A DNA stretch of 64,000 nt from positions 1-64,000 of the forward strand of contig CT868174.1 in NCBI GenBank assembly GCA_000165425.1. Direction: 5' to 3'. The first letter of the stretch is position 1, and every line of letters starts with the position of its first letter. The notes below the pieces were generated by a model, which saw only the letters and a program-made list of their open reading frames with translations, was not told where the DNA came from and searched no databases. A program made the position numbers and the translations under genes. Below are positions 14,876 to 28,652 of the stretch, piece after piece. Source of the DNA: Paramecium tetraurelia. Its lineage: Eukaryota.

Positions 14876-17800
14876 TCATTTTTTATCATTTGTAGTCTCT
14901 TTTAAACTACCTAATTTAATATTATATTTGTCTTTAAAAGATTTCTATATCTATTCAAACAATTTGATGGCTTTGATCTTACTTTCATATTTTAATTCAT
15001 ATTTTGTTGAGTTTGCTTAAAACCAAGATTTTCTAACAGGGGTATGAAGCTTAAACTTCAGCAATTTCTTCTTTTCATCATATTTTATCTATTTAATTTT
15101 ATAAATCATTATTTTATCACAATGTATAGATGAATGAGACTAAAAGTATAAAAATAGAAATTACCAAAACATAAACTATTCTTGAATCAGTCAAAACTAT
15201 TTAAGCTTCTTATTTTTTCTTGTCTCCATCTGATATATTGAGTTGATCAAAAAAGATAATACTTTCACCATCAATAACTTTTAATTTGTATCTCCTTATA
15301 ATATCTGTACCTATGGCATGCTTAAAATTAAAAGGGATTAATTGATTGTTATCTCCAAAAATTCTTGGTGGTCTGTATCGAGTATCCATAATATGTTCTT
15401 CATATATTGCTGTATTTTTTATTCCTTCAATTATTGTAATCAAAAGATCATAGATTCCTACTGTAGGTTTGATTATAATTCCCATGATTCCTTAGTAAAT
15501 TCCTAACAAAAAGCCTAAAAACCCACCATCATTTATTCCAGTAATTGGTCTTTCTAAAACTCCAATTATTGTTTGAAATAAAATCTTTCCGAAATTAGTG
15601 AATCCAATTATCAATCCTTCTCTAAAATTTTTAATTGCTCTATTCAATCTATTACTTCTTTCTGACATATATTTCTTATCTAAAGTCATTTAATCAAGAA
15701 TTTTCATTATTGTTCCAATTATTGTATTAACTGTTTTATACACACCTGTAATCGAAGTGTGGATTAAAGTTACTGCTCCAGTAAAGAATTTTTCTCCTAC
15801 CTTATAACCACTCTTTCCTGTGACAAGAGCGTATATGGGTTCATAAAACATATCAATAACACCTGTGCCTAAATTAGAAATTAGAGAAACAGGATTCCCA
15901 AATATTTCAAATGATCCTAGCAATTTATAAATTTAAGTTAGAAATTATCTAATAATATACTTATATAGACATACCCTTTGTAATGCTTAGATATTCTGCC
16001 AATAATTTCATTACTTGATCCAAAGATATGTTAAGTCTTGAAAGCATTTAATCTAATTTTCGCACTGTCAATTGATGCGAGAGTTAATCCCAGATCTGCT
16101 ATGACTCCTATAGATGATGAATTCATAACGTGACCTGGTGATGATCTAAATAATTACATCAAATATATACTTTAAAGTAAAGCATATGTCAATTGGTTCT
16201 AGCATTAAATTTTTGAGATATATCTTACTAATACTATGTTGTTTTATCTTCTTCAATTATTCTTCTTACTTTTTTTATAAAGATCCTAATCCAAATTGGC
16301 TGTTGCTTGATTATTATACATCACTAAAATTACTATCCCATATGATGGCTGCTATTAAATTATAATACTATATTATTTAATCTAAAATTTAATGATCTAG
16401 TCTAATTTCTAAAGTATCTGTAAACATTTATAATGTATGAATATAAGAAATCTTAAATTTGGATTGATTTTATTGTTAATCATTAGCTTAAACTTAGTTT
16501 GCTTAAGCATTTGGTTCATTCTTAACAACTACTCTACTTCCATTGTTCATACTCGGATTTGACTTTTTTATTTATGATTGATCTTTTCTATAAGTAGTCA
16601 ATACAAAAAATGGTTATTGATTTCCAAATATTTTCTTTTTATTAGGGGCTAGCAAAACAGGGAATTGTGAATTTATTATTTAATTATTAATGATAATTAA
16701 ATCTATTGATAAGTTTATATGCTCTTTTATTTATTTTATTTATGGTTTTTCTGCTAATACGTTTGTATTATCATCATCATCATAATTTTATCTTAATTGA
16801 AAGTCTTTCTAAACTTCTTCTATCAGAATATATTCAGCCTATATGTTTTTAAAGCAGATTTATAAAATTTCCTTTGGGGTTTCATCAATAATAGATATAC
16901 CTACACAATTACTTATTGAAATCTTATAACAAGTAAATTATTAACGTTAAGTGTCCTCCTCTTTTTCTTACTAAATTTCTGATCCTTCTTTTTGAGAATC
17001 AGCTCTGTCATTTGATTTATTTTAAAAAAATGTAACTACTTTAGTTTAATTTGATGGCTCAATTTTTAATTCCACCATTTCAGGTTTATCAATTAAAATT
17101 GCTCTCCATAAATATTCTACCCATTAATTTGCTTCATCAACTGTCTTAGTTTGGAAATGTAAGTTTTTGGATAACATTTTCTCTGGGTTAATTTTTAATA
17201 CAAATTCATTATCCTTACTTTCATCTACTTTTGCTCCTTATAAATAATATGATTCATGCTGTTTCTTATCTGAAGAATAAACATTAAATTTTTATTTCAA
17301 AACATTAAGAGTACAATAATATACTCTTGGCTTATCCAAATCTTTTATAAATATATTTCCTTATTTATAAAGATATTTCTTATTTACTAATTTTTTTCGT
17401 TTTTATGATTAACCAGGTAATGTTAATGGTTAAAAGTTTTGAATCTTATCTATTTCATATTTTTCTGTTTAGCCCTCTATTTCAACTTCTAGCACATGTT
17501 CCTTGTCATCAATCCAATGATCCCAAGTAAAAGCTACTTTTTCTCCAGGTTATAAATAAGTAACTTCATTTCCTCCAGCAGAAAATTATATTAATTCCTA
17601 ATCTTGAGAACCGACTGGATTTGAAGCTATTACTTGATGAATACCTCTGTTGATTTCGTTATTTTACATGATTGGATTAGCCTAATTTAATCGATATTTT
17701 TATGCTTGACTAGATGGTTGTTGCTTGTAAGTAATTTCATATTTTGTTAAATTTTCTATATAATAAGGAGGAATAATTGGATCTTCTAATATGAATCTTA

Positions 17801-20800
17801 TTAATAAGATTAAATCATCCATTAATGTTATATTAACCTTCTAAAGTACATAAAGTTACAAGTAATCAGAATTATTGTTATTTATAATTGGCTTTATACT
17901 TGGAATTTTTAATGAGATTTCTTAAACCTATAGTTTAAAATACCCACTCCAACCTGATATAAGACCAGTTGATTCCTAATAAAAAGATATCATAGCAAGA
18001 GCAGGCTTTTTGATATTCGACCAGCTAAAATATTTCCAATCTCCTGGCTTCAATCTCAATAGATTATTATCTCTATATTCAGTATCTACTTAGGCCATGG
18101 CTATATTATACTATGTTTCATTATGAACTATAAATCTTGGTGTAATTGTGATTAATTTGCTTCTATGAAACGATCCAGGGCCACTTGTGATTGCCATACC
18201 AAATTCAAATTTTCCTTTAGCATCTGCACTTGTTCTCTTTTTACGATCTTTTGGCTGTAATTACTCATGATCTTTTTTTAAAATTTCAGTTGATCCTATT
18301 ATTTCTAGAACATTGCTGTTTTATAAGCTTACTGGATTACTCCACTTAGAGATATCTTATAATTATTAATCATTTAATTATCCTATAGCAACCTATATTT
18401 TATTCATATTTGTGCTTGTAGCAAATTGATGTAAATTATGATATTAAGAATGTTACTCTATTTCTTTTTTTTACTTATTCTTTTAATAAGTTTTACTAAA
18501 ATTTTAATAATAAATCCAATCATCTGAAAGAATATCTTAAGTTAAGCCATATTCTCTGTACATCAATAGTTTATTTGTCTCATTAAATATTAAGTATGGA
18601 CAATATAATACTAATTCCCTTGACTTAGTTGATCTTTTTTTAATTAGAACAGTCAGGTATTAATCATTGCCTTTTTATTGCTTAAATTTAATTTAAAATT
18701 TGTTCTCTTCTCCAAGACCAAAACCTCTATTAAATATTTTAAAAGGCTTAGTTCTCAATAGATCATCATTTTATGTATCTCCACCATCAATTTTTGGTTA
18801 GTTTTTTATTGAAAATTAAACTTCAATATCATCATGATAATCTAGTGTTTCACAATAGTAATGCTAATCTGGTGATACAGGTAAATAAGGTAGTTATTTT
18901 TCGGATTATTATTTGTTGGAAGAAAATACACCATAATGTATATTGATATCTCTTACTGTTGCATTTGTAAATTTAAAAATAGGATAACAAATCAAATAGG
19001 TTTCATAACAGGCATCATTATCATCTTCACTTGGTTTTTAATCACCAATTTCATTGAAATTAATCATTGCTTTCCTTTAATTGGTGATTTAATTTTTTAT
19101 TTTCACGCAATTAATTATGAAATAAAAGTTATTTCTTTTAATATTACTTTTCATTGAGGTTATTATGTGATCATATTTATAATTTAAGGGATCATGAATT
19201 TATTTAAACTCAGATTTAATTACAGGATTTGATCTACCTTAAGATGTTACAATTTGAGTTGCTTGTTCTAAAACTTCAACTATCGAATTATCCTTATCAA
19301 CTTCAAATTCTCCTATTGATTGCTAATCACACAACAATGTATCTAATTAATAATATTTTCTTTCTAATTATTCATCTTATTAACGATTTTATATTTTCTC
19401 TGGTGTAAATCTTACTTCTGTTTTGTTTTCCAGGAATTCTAAAGGAACAATATAAATTTATTTTGGCTCTAGTTTAACTGAAGTTGTTTCTTTCATTTAA
19501 CCATTCACTTGGAAACCTAATTCTAAGGAAGTACTTAAATAATTGTATATTTTCACAGTACTTTAAATTTAAATTTCTTTTGATCCATTCTGAGGATTAA
19601 TATTTACATTGACTTAAATATAGATATTCCTTTCTTCATTGATTTTCTTATTGTCAGCTAAGAAAACTCCAGTAATTTTATCGATATTAGTTTTAAACGC
19701 ATCAAAAGTACCTTTTTTACCACTATGAAGGTCTTGTTATTCATTCTTATGCTATCTCACCAATGGATAAAATTTCTTGCCCACAAAATCAAAATTAACA
19801 TACTTAATTGTTTTGTAATTACTAATATTTTTTTCACTTCTTTATTATTTAAATAATATTCTACTCCTTGTGTATGAGGATTAGTTCATATTTTAATATT
19901 GATTCTATGTTTATGTTTAAGTTATCAAAGTTTTTGATTAAGTACTTTTGCTTGGGAAATCTAAAGTAGTTCTTCTATTGTTATTACTATGAATACTATC
20001 AACAATTTTAATTTCATCATCATCTTCATCTTTTTCCTTTAAATTATTTGGTTTCAAAACAACTAAATTTAATAACATTTATTATTAATCTGACTTGTGC
20101 TTCTTAAAATCCTTTGCCCAAAGTTCTTTTTATGTATTATATGTATATTCTGAATCCTCTTATATAATTCTCACAGGTTGATCCTTTTTTATATCTCTAA
20201 TTTCCAAAGCATATCCGCATCTATTAAAAATTTTATATGGTTCTTCATCTTCCATTTTTTTGTTGTAAATCTTCAGAGCTTCCATAGCTACTTCGACTAA
20301 AGCAGGAGTGATATTTATATTTAATGAATTTGTATGATCTTTTAGATAATATGGAACTTCTTCACCTTTAAGTTCCTTCTCAATATGATTTGCTATAGTA
20401 ATTTTATTAGAATCCCTATCAATAGCCTTATTTTCAGGAGGTTTTTCAATTTAAGATAAGGTTGTAATAGTGAATTTCCAAGGTTCAAGGAAAGGCTCGA
20501 AATCCATTTTTCTCTTATTAAAGTAATCTAATGATATACAAGCCAGTAGATTTAATTACGTCTTTTTATTGTCTTTGAAATCTGACATCCTCAAGCTTTT
20601 CAATTCAAACTACGCAGCTTTAACTCCATCTTTGTTTTTCAATATTTAAATCTTGAGTGTCTCTATATTGATCTTTTTTGTATTTATACAATCATCAATA
20701 AATGGATCTGGAGGTTAAGGCTTTCTTTTAAAAGCGTATTTATCTTCAGGAGATTTTCTGGCAGAAAAGATATTAACGATTTATTATAATTCAGCAATAT

Positions 20801-23800
20801 CTCTAATTGAAAGACTAAAATTATTTTTCAGTCTTGCAGAATTTATTAAACTTATCTCCCACTCATTTTTCGATTGATAACCTTTGTGTTACGATTTATA
20901 ATCTGTATAATACTCTTTCACCTAAATTCCTTGCTCTGTGAAAATTTCTTAATTTAATAAAGCATTTCTATAGAAATCAACTGAGTACTTCATTGTGATA
21001 CAAACCTTGAAAGGTTCTAATAGGGTTCTTAATGGAGGCTGAGGTGGTAATATTAGTTTTTCTGTTGATTTCTTGGACTATTCATCCTACTTTAAATTAA
21101 TGATATGATTTGTTTGAAATATGTATAATTTTTTTAAAGTAGCTTCAATATTTTTTTCACAGCTTCCTGGTCCAAACCAACTGTCACCTAACCAGGTTTA
21201 TGAATAATTGCAATCCAAAAGAATACCTATAGATTTTGATTTTTCAAAATTCTCCTTCTCTAAATCCCCTAAAATAATTGCCCAAACATTTACGACATTA
21301 ATCTCTATTACCATTGGTGGAAAATTGTTAAAATGAGGATTTCTTTGATAAGGCTACTTATCACTTCCATTGTATGGTTATCTGAAAAATTGAACAACTT
21401 CAACAAGAAAGTCAATCAATAAAATAATGTTTTTGTTTTCAAGTTTGATTTTGATTAATTTTTCTCCATCTGGCCTAGTCTTCATGATAAAATATAGATC
21501 TTATTTCTATTAATCTTCTTTTTGTTATTAAAATGGTCTTTTTTGATACTATTAATTGGTAACATCATGATTGTCATCTCCAAAATAATAATCATAATCA
21601 TCCTTATCATCCGTGTGATTGTTATTTTCAAGAGTAATTGGTAAGACTTATCTCTCCCTGAAATTTAGCCACCTTCTTTAATTCATTGGTTCTGGTCCGT
21701 ATTCAAGTAACTAATCTAGTTTAGCCTATATTAATTGCTACTATTCTTTCTCGTTCTACAAATTTTCTTATGAATTTTTATTTTTGCCCTTTGAACTATT
21801 TTTACTCCTATCTCTTTTTTTACAACATAATGTTTTTTTAACGAACGTCACAAATTTTTACCAATTGCTTTTTTTTTCCCTTTTTTTATTTTATGATTAT
21901 TGCGTAACTTGAGATTAAGGTTCTTACTCATTTTAAGTGTCCTTTATATCTAATGCAGAAGTAAGTTGTTGCTATTCTATTATAACTTATTTATTTTTCT
22001 CTTTCTCTTTTTCATTTAATTCTAACTCTACTTATTCTACATCAAGTTCATCTACAGGATTGAGTTGAATTTTGTTAAACTCTTCTTATTTAGTATCAGA
22101 CATGGATTAATCTTCATCTCCTTTAAATTAATCCCCTATAAGTGAAAACAAAATTTCCTTTGAATGCTTCATTGTTGATGATTTCCTAAAATCCGAAAGT
22201 GTCAATTATTGAACACTTAATCTCATAAATTTACCTCCATTTTCTCTCATCATAAATTAGTAATTTAAGGTTTATAATTTGGCTATAGCAATTGAGGCAG
22301 GATTTTTGTACAACAAATTCTTGTCTAATTAATCTTATAATATTCCTTTTTATTAATAATATCTCCTACAATCTTCTCTGGTGCCTTTAAAAAATTTTGC
22401 AATCGCCTTATTGATGTTAATGTCCAAAACCATCCAGATATTTTCATTAGTTTCCTTGTAATCATAGTTTCCTACTATTGTTTATGGTTACTCTCCCAAA
22501 TTATCCATAAAGAATTTGCAAATGGTACAATAATCCAAATCGTAAGCATATATATTAAGCTTTTAAATGTCGATTGTAACTATAAGATATAAATGAAAAA
22601 TATACTTCTCATAGGTTTCACATCTTAAAGGCAAAATAGTTTATCTGGAGTCTCATCACAAAAGTCTATAAATAATTCCAAAGAAACTTTATCCTCTGGA
22701 GCCTTAACAAATAGATCATTAACATCTGTTCCTGGAGAACATCGAATTTCTAAACCCCATACATATACTATTTATCGAACTCTTTAATCTACATTTTCCT
22801 CATCCTGCAACTATTCATGATTTATTTCTTCAAAAACTGTTTCTTCTGCCATTCCTGGTTCCTCAAAATATTTAGCCTCTACAAAATTTTCGCTAATATT
22901 TTATTATTCTTCTATTTCATCATCAAATAAACCTGTTTTAATCAAGTTATCATACTATTAACCCCAGATTCCACTAAACCAATACCCAACCTTTTTGAAT
23001 TAAATGTATAAAGCTTCATTTGATAAAGAACTTCTATATCCAATCCCTAACGAATCTAAGGCAACTAAAGAAAATCGAAACCCGAATTCAGAGTCAACTT
23101 ATACTTCTTAAGGTTATGTAGTAAAGCTTAGATTTTAAGTCTCTGTATCTTTCAACAATTCATTTCTGTCTTCATTTGTGAGAGTACTTGAAAATGATGT
23201 AATGAGCACCTTCCTCAAATAATATTAGATTTCATTTGTGTTCCTCTTCAAGAATACAATCTTAGCTCTTTAAATTCTAACTCCACAATATGTAGCGTAT
23301 TTTCTTATTCTTATTAAGTCTGGATTATTACAAATTTAAATTTAGCATTAAATCTGATTTTCATTCTGTTCATCATAATCTTCTAACATTGTTCTATGGA
23401 TTCCACCAATAACAGCTGTATCAAATAGTCTTACTTGTTGCATCTTGATATTTATATTTTTAAATAACTAACTACTTGATATTTAAGTATCAATAAATTT
23501 CATATTCATTAAATACACTACTTAATCTTCATAGTTTAGCATCAGCACTATTTAATTAATCTACAATTCAATTCTATTTGTCTCCTAAAATAAATCACTT
23601 GTTATTGTACTCCAAGTTTGAGTCTCTGACTATTATTTTTTATCAACTTCATTGAAATCAGGCCAAAATCCATTTTCTCTCATCCATTTTGTAAATTATT
23701 ACTTTTTCACTTCTGCTGCCAAATTTCCAATATCAAATATTAATCTCATTTTCTTTATGATATCTGGATCCAAAATAAGGTTTAATTATTTTAAATTTAT

Positions 23801-26800
23801 GACAACTCTTGATCGTTATGAATCACTTGTCTATAAAAAGTATACATCTGGACCTAAATCATCCTGAACCTTCATAAAGGTTAGTAATAATCTATGTTTT
23901 TCTTTACATTTTTAGCAATTTTTATCTGTAAAATACTCTTTAATGTACAGTTCACCTTCGAAAACTTCTTGATAATTATTATCTAAAAACGAATGCTTTG
24001 GAGAAGGAACTTAAAATTGTCCCTTTTTTTAAGAGAAAATTGTTTAAGGAGCCTCTTCTTCTTACAGCACATCCGGAGGAATTTCATCTACTATTTACAC
24101 CTAATCATCGTTATCATTTTGTTGTTATGGAGACTATCCCTCATTGTTAGAGTTCTTTATGTTTGATTTATTTTCATTTAGTTTTGAGTTTGCAACTTAT
24201 TCTATTTCAGACTATTAATTCATTACCCTTTCTAAGTCTTCTCCAAAACTTGAAATCTTTTATTCTTTTTCACTATCCGAATATTTAAGTAATTATTTAG
24301 CTAAAACCTTCAATGGGTTTTATAAATTATAAGAATGGCAGTTAATATTTTATAAAGCTAACTCCTATATGGCTAAGTGCTGAATGCTGTCATAGAATTT
24401 AACTTCCTTTAAATAACTTAAATTTAAAAAGTAAAACAGAAAAAGCCGATTTTCATGGCAACTAGTCTTGTCCAATTTTTCTAAAAACTCTTATGTATTT
24501 ACAGTAACTGACAATTGTAGACCTTCCATATCAACTTACAATTAACTTATCATATAGTCCTTCAATTATTCTTAACAATCTTCATTTATATATTATTGCT
24601 ATTGCTTATGTTCCTACTTTTACACTTTACTTTCAATTACATCATAAAAATCATAACCTTTTGTTTGCCAAATTGAAACTAATTACAATATTAAAAATAA
24701 ATGCTTAGTTGAAAGTTTAAAATCCAAAAATGGCAATTAAATAGTGATCATTGATGTTTTCGGATATATTTTTTTTTTGAAAGTCATTTTACTTCTACTT
24801 TTTGTTCTGTTTGATTCTAAAGTAATCATCTTTTAGGATTATTCCATTCTTATTTTTATTGGATAGTGGTTTCAATAATGGTTTCAATCCCAGGATCTCC
24901 GTTCTGTTATTCATTTTTTCTTAATTTCCTATATTATATTTTAAAAATATTTTCCTTATTCTCCCAATCATAATCCTATACAAATGCTAATCTTAAGCAA
25001 TCAACTGAAAAGTACACAGGTTTTAAATTTTAGTTTTCCTCTAAATTTTGATTTTATTAAGCTACTCTATTAACAGTTTACCTTGTTTTTAAATCCTTTA
25101 GATATTAACTTACTTATCCATTAGAATTTTCAGCTGGGTAAATATTAACAACACTGTTTTCATGTTCTCTTTTAAATATTTTAATTTGTTTCAAATGTAT
25201 CAATAACATTTGTGTCTTTATCTAATATTAAAGTGGCAAGTAAATATTTATTCTGCTTATTGAAAAAGAGACATTTGTATTAGATTAAACTCTTTTTGTT
25301 AAAATTAAAAAGTTGTCAAAATACTTTGAGTGTTCTTAATTATCATTCTGAACAGTAGATTTATCAAAAAATATTAAATTTTGTAAAGATATCAATCTTT
25401 CATAAAGAGGTTTGCAAAGTGTGATACTAAGTGGACCCACTTGAATATCTAAGTAGACCTATATTGTCTTTTCTAAAGGGTCCAAATCGAGGATCTTCTT
25501 TTATCTTTCCAATTGTTCTGAACTCATTAATACTTTAATTCCCTCTGAAATTTCAATAATTTTTAAATAATGGCTGTTGAATTTATTAGTATCTAATAAG
25601 ATTAACTTTTGGATCTATGCTTTCACTAATTATTTAAATTAACCTTATTTTACTAATTCTAATTTAGTTTCAGTAATTTCTAAATTAATAAGTATTTTCT
25701 CTTTCAATAGCTCATCTAATTTCCAATCTTCTTGTTTATTTATTTCAGATGATTTGACAGTTACTTTAGTAATCTTTTATAGAAAGTTATTTTTAATGTG
25801 ATCCAATACTTTTGTCTAAAGAGACTTTTTCTAATTTAATTCTTATTTAAATATATTAACTTGCTAATGGAGATTTCTTAATTATTACAGAATTTAATTC
25901 TCTTATATTAATATATTTATCTTTTTAACATCCAAAATGATAGAAACTCTTGTATTACTTTCCTTTTCTTTCATGAAGGATAAGTATGAATCAATAACAT
26001 TTCTACTAAACTTTAAATTACTTGCATGTTCCATGTTAAAATCATTTTAAAATCTCTTAAACCATCCTTGGGCTTCTTTTTAAACTTTTTGATCTTTTGG
26101 ATTGTTAGATCGCAATATATTTCTCATTTCAAGAATTTTATCTATCGCTATGCTTCTCAAAATTAAAATTTAAGAAATAGTATTTTTTTATTCATAATCT
26201 CCCATTAGTTTGTTATCTCTTTTTGCATCATGTTATTTCAACATTTTTTTTGTGTATAATTCTATATATTATTAAACTTTAAAGTAATTAGTGATTCCTT
26301 ATTTTCTTACTTTTGTTCGAATATATTCTTTTTCAATTACTCTTCTGATGATGTATACCCACCAATTTTTTGCAGTTTTTCCATATTTAGGTTTTTCTTT
26401 CGGTCGATCATTACGATGATTTACAATATCTTACATGGCCCTTAATAATAATCTGATTTATCTCTGTTTTAAGTAAATGAGAACATCAGAAATCGTGGCG
26501 ATTTTTAATTCTATCTCCATTTATTCAGAGAATACTAAACTAAACTCTATTTTGAGAGCTAGTTTCTTGAGAATATGAATAGCCTTCTTTTCTTCTTATT
26601 TTGATTAATTTTAATCTGGAATGAATGATTCAGGTTGCAATTAAGAAGGGAGAACATTATCAAATACTTCAAATAGCAAAAAAATGTTATCTGCTACTAT
26701 TTTTTTACGAATTTCATCTTTCTTAGGTTTGATATCATCTTGATTTATAAGTAAACTTTAAAACCCAAATCCAAACTTTACAATTTCATAGTTATTGATT

Positions 26801-27331
26801 TGATAAATGAAAACTATGTCTAAGTTGTTAATTTTGAGAACAAACTTTTCAAATATTTTTTTTGCAAAATCAGCAAAAAAGCTATTTCCTGATGAGCCAT
26901 TTGAAAATGCATCTTCTTTCTACACGGCTTCATCAAATTTAGACAACACTTCTCTTTTTAGTTTTTCTAAATGGTCTTTGTACTACTCTTTATTAAAATC
27001 ACTCATCTCAATTTTATTAGATAGAACAATTTTTGCATTTGTTATTTCTACACTTATTTCTTTTGTTTTTAAATTGTTCCATGGAATGATCAATTTGACT
27101 TCTCCAAATGATGAATCAATCACTTCTATATCAATACCAAACTGCATCAATATATCATTTCTCAACTCCAATTATTTCAAACATACTTCTCCATCTAAAA
27201 TTTAAACATCTATATTTTGAGACTCAAAATTTTTTATGTATGGTTTGAGAAACTAACAAAAGTTACTTTATATGTGTTACCTTCGATAAAAGAAGAGAAG
27301 AAAACCACTTCACAGGCTTAAAACTAAACAT
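14876..27331 (-). CDS. VPS13: VPS13-family bridge-like lipid transfer protein (~4000 aa)
   Basis: N-terminal Chorein_N (FLKPYIKNFESQNIDVQILDGEVCLKQLELR..GEVKLIIPWNNLK); YFNKRKMDFEPFLEPW; C-terminal LGSFEIFGNPVSLISNLGTGVIDMFYEP..GIIIKPTVGIYDL..RYRPPR. One frame break near 24830. Confidence 0.93.
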
Positions 27332-27537
27332 TTAATTATTTAATAAAGCATTTTTTTATAATATTAAGAGATATCATTTTACTTATCCGTTTAGCATATT
27401 TTTACATAAACATATAGCCCCTGTTGCAAACAAAGCAAAAGGATAAATTTTTTAATCACCATGCTTTTTGCATTTTACTAATTTGAAATAGTATACAATT
27501 AATTTATCAAATTTGTATAATATTATTAGAATAGCCA

Positions 27538-28628
27538 ATGTGGGATTAGTAAGCGATTGATAAATTATTGCGGTGTTCAATTTGTTGCTAGTAATTTAGT
27601 CAGCCAGTAACTCTAACATGTGGGCATACTTATTGTTTTGATTGCATGTACAAGTCATTATGTATAATGCCTCGTTGCCCATTATGCAGGTTTTTGTAGT
27701 ATTTTACAATTTAGATCTTATATTTAAAGTTCCCCAAATAGTTTTAAAGTAAGCGTAATAATTCATACAATAATAAGAAACTAATATCTACCTCCAGAAC
27801 AAAATGAATAAAAATAATAATAAATTAACTCTGCTAATCATATACTTCTTAAAACAAAGCAAGATCTATTTCCTTATGCATTTTTGAAACTTCAAATAAT
27901 TAAAATAACAGATAGCAATTTGACTTGCAATGACTATTTTGAATGTTTCTAAAATGCAGAAGTTTATTTGTAAAATGAACTTTAAAAAGCCCAATTTAAG
28001 GCAAGGATTGATCGAATTTCAATTATGAATAATAATATATTCATATACGCATTTATTTAGGAAAAAGTGCAACATTTGTAAACGACACTTGAAGGATTTA
28101 CTATCGACAGCACTGATCAATTTGGAAATAAAGAAAAAAAGGAAATATTTCTTCCTGTTTGTTAAGGCAAGGAAGAAATTGAGGATACTTTCACATTTGA
28201 AGATGATTTGATTGAGATGAATGAAATCAGACATAGAATTAAAATTACAATTGAAAAAATCTTTACTAAAAATTATAATTTGGATTCAATTGAATAAGAA
28301 GTTTACTAAAAGTTACACTAATGTTGGTATGAGCTTTTTATATCTAAGTTTGTTTGAATACTTGTAAGAATCTGATCCAAAATATTTAATGAAATTATCT
28401 TATTGCTTGCCAACAATGCTTTCGATTTCAAATCAACAAAAACATTAAATTATATCTTAGACTGTTTTAAAAAGATTAAAACTGGCAGAATAAAAACTCA
28501 ATAAATTAGCCCTCTTTAGACATGGTGGGATGATATTTGAAGTTCCAAATGATCATCCTAAGCCTCCATTTACGTAATTAATAGTAGTCATCATTTTTAT
28601 AATTCTTTATTTTATATTTATCAATTGA
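27538..28628 (+). CDS. C3HC4 RING finger protein with probable Lon-N (LONRF-like) region and C-terminal TM helix
   Basis: CSICCQQFSQPVTLTCGHTYCFDCMYKSLCIMPRCPLCR; LFPYAFLKLQI resembles the Lon-N start; ends QLIVVIIFIILYFIFIN*. Confidence 0.75.
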
Positions 28629-28652
28629 TTATCATTTTATATATATACATTA

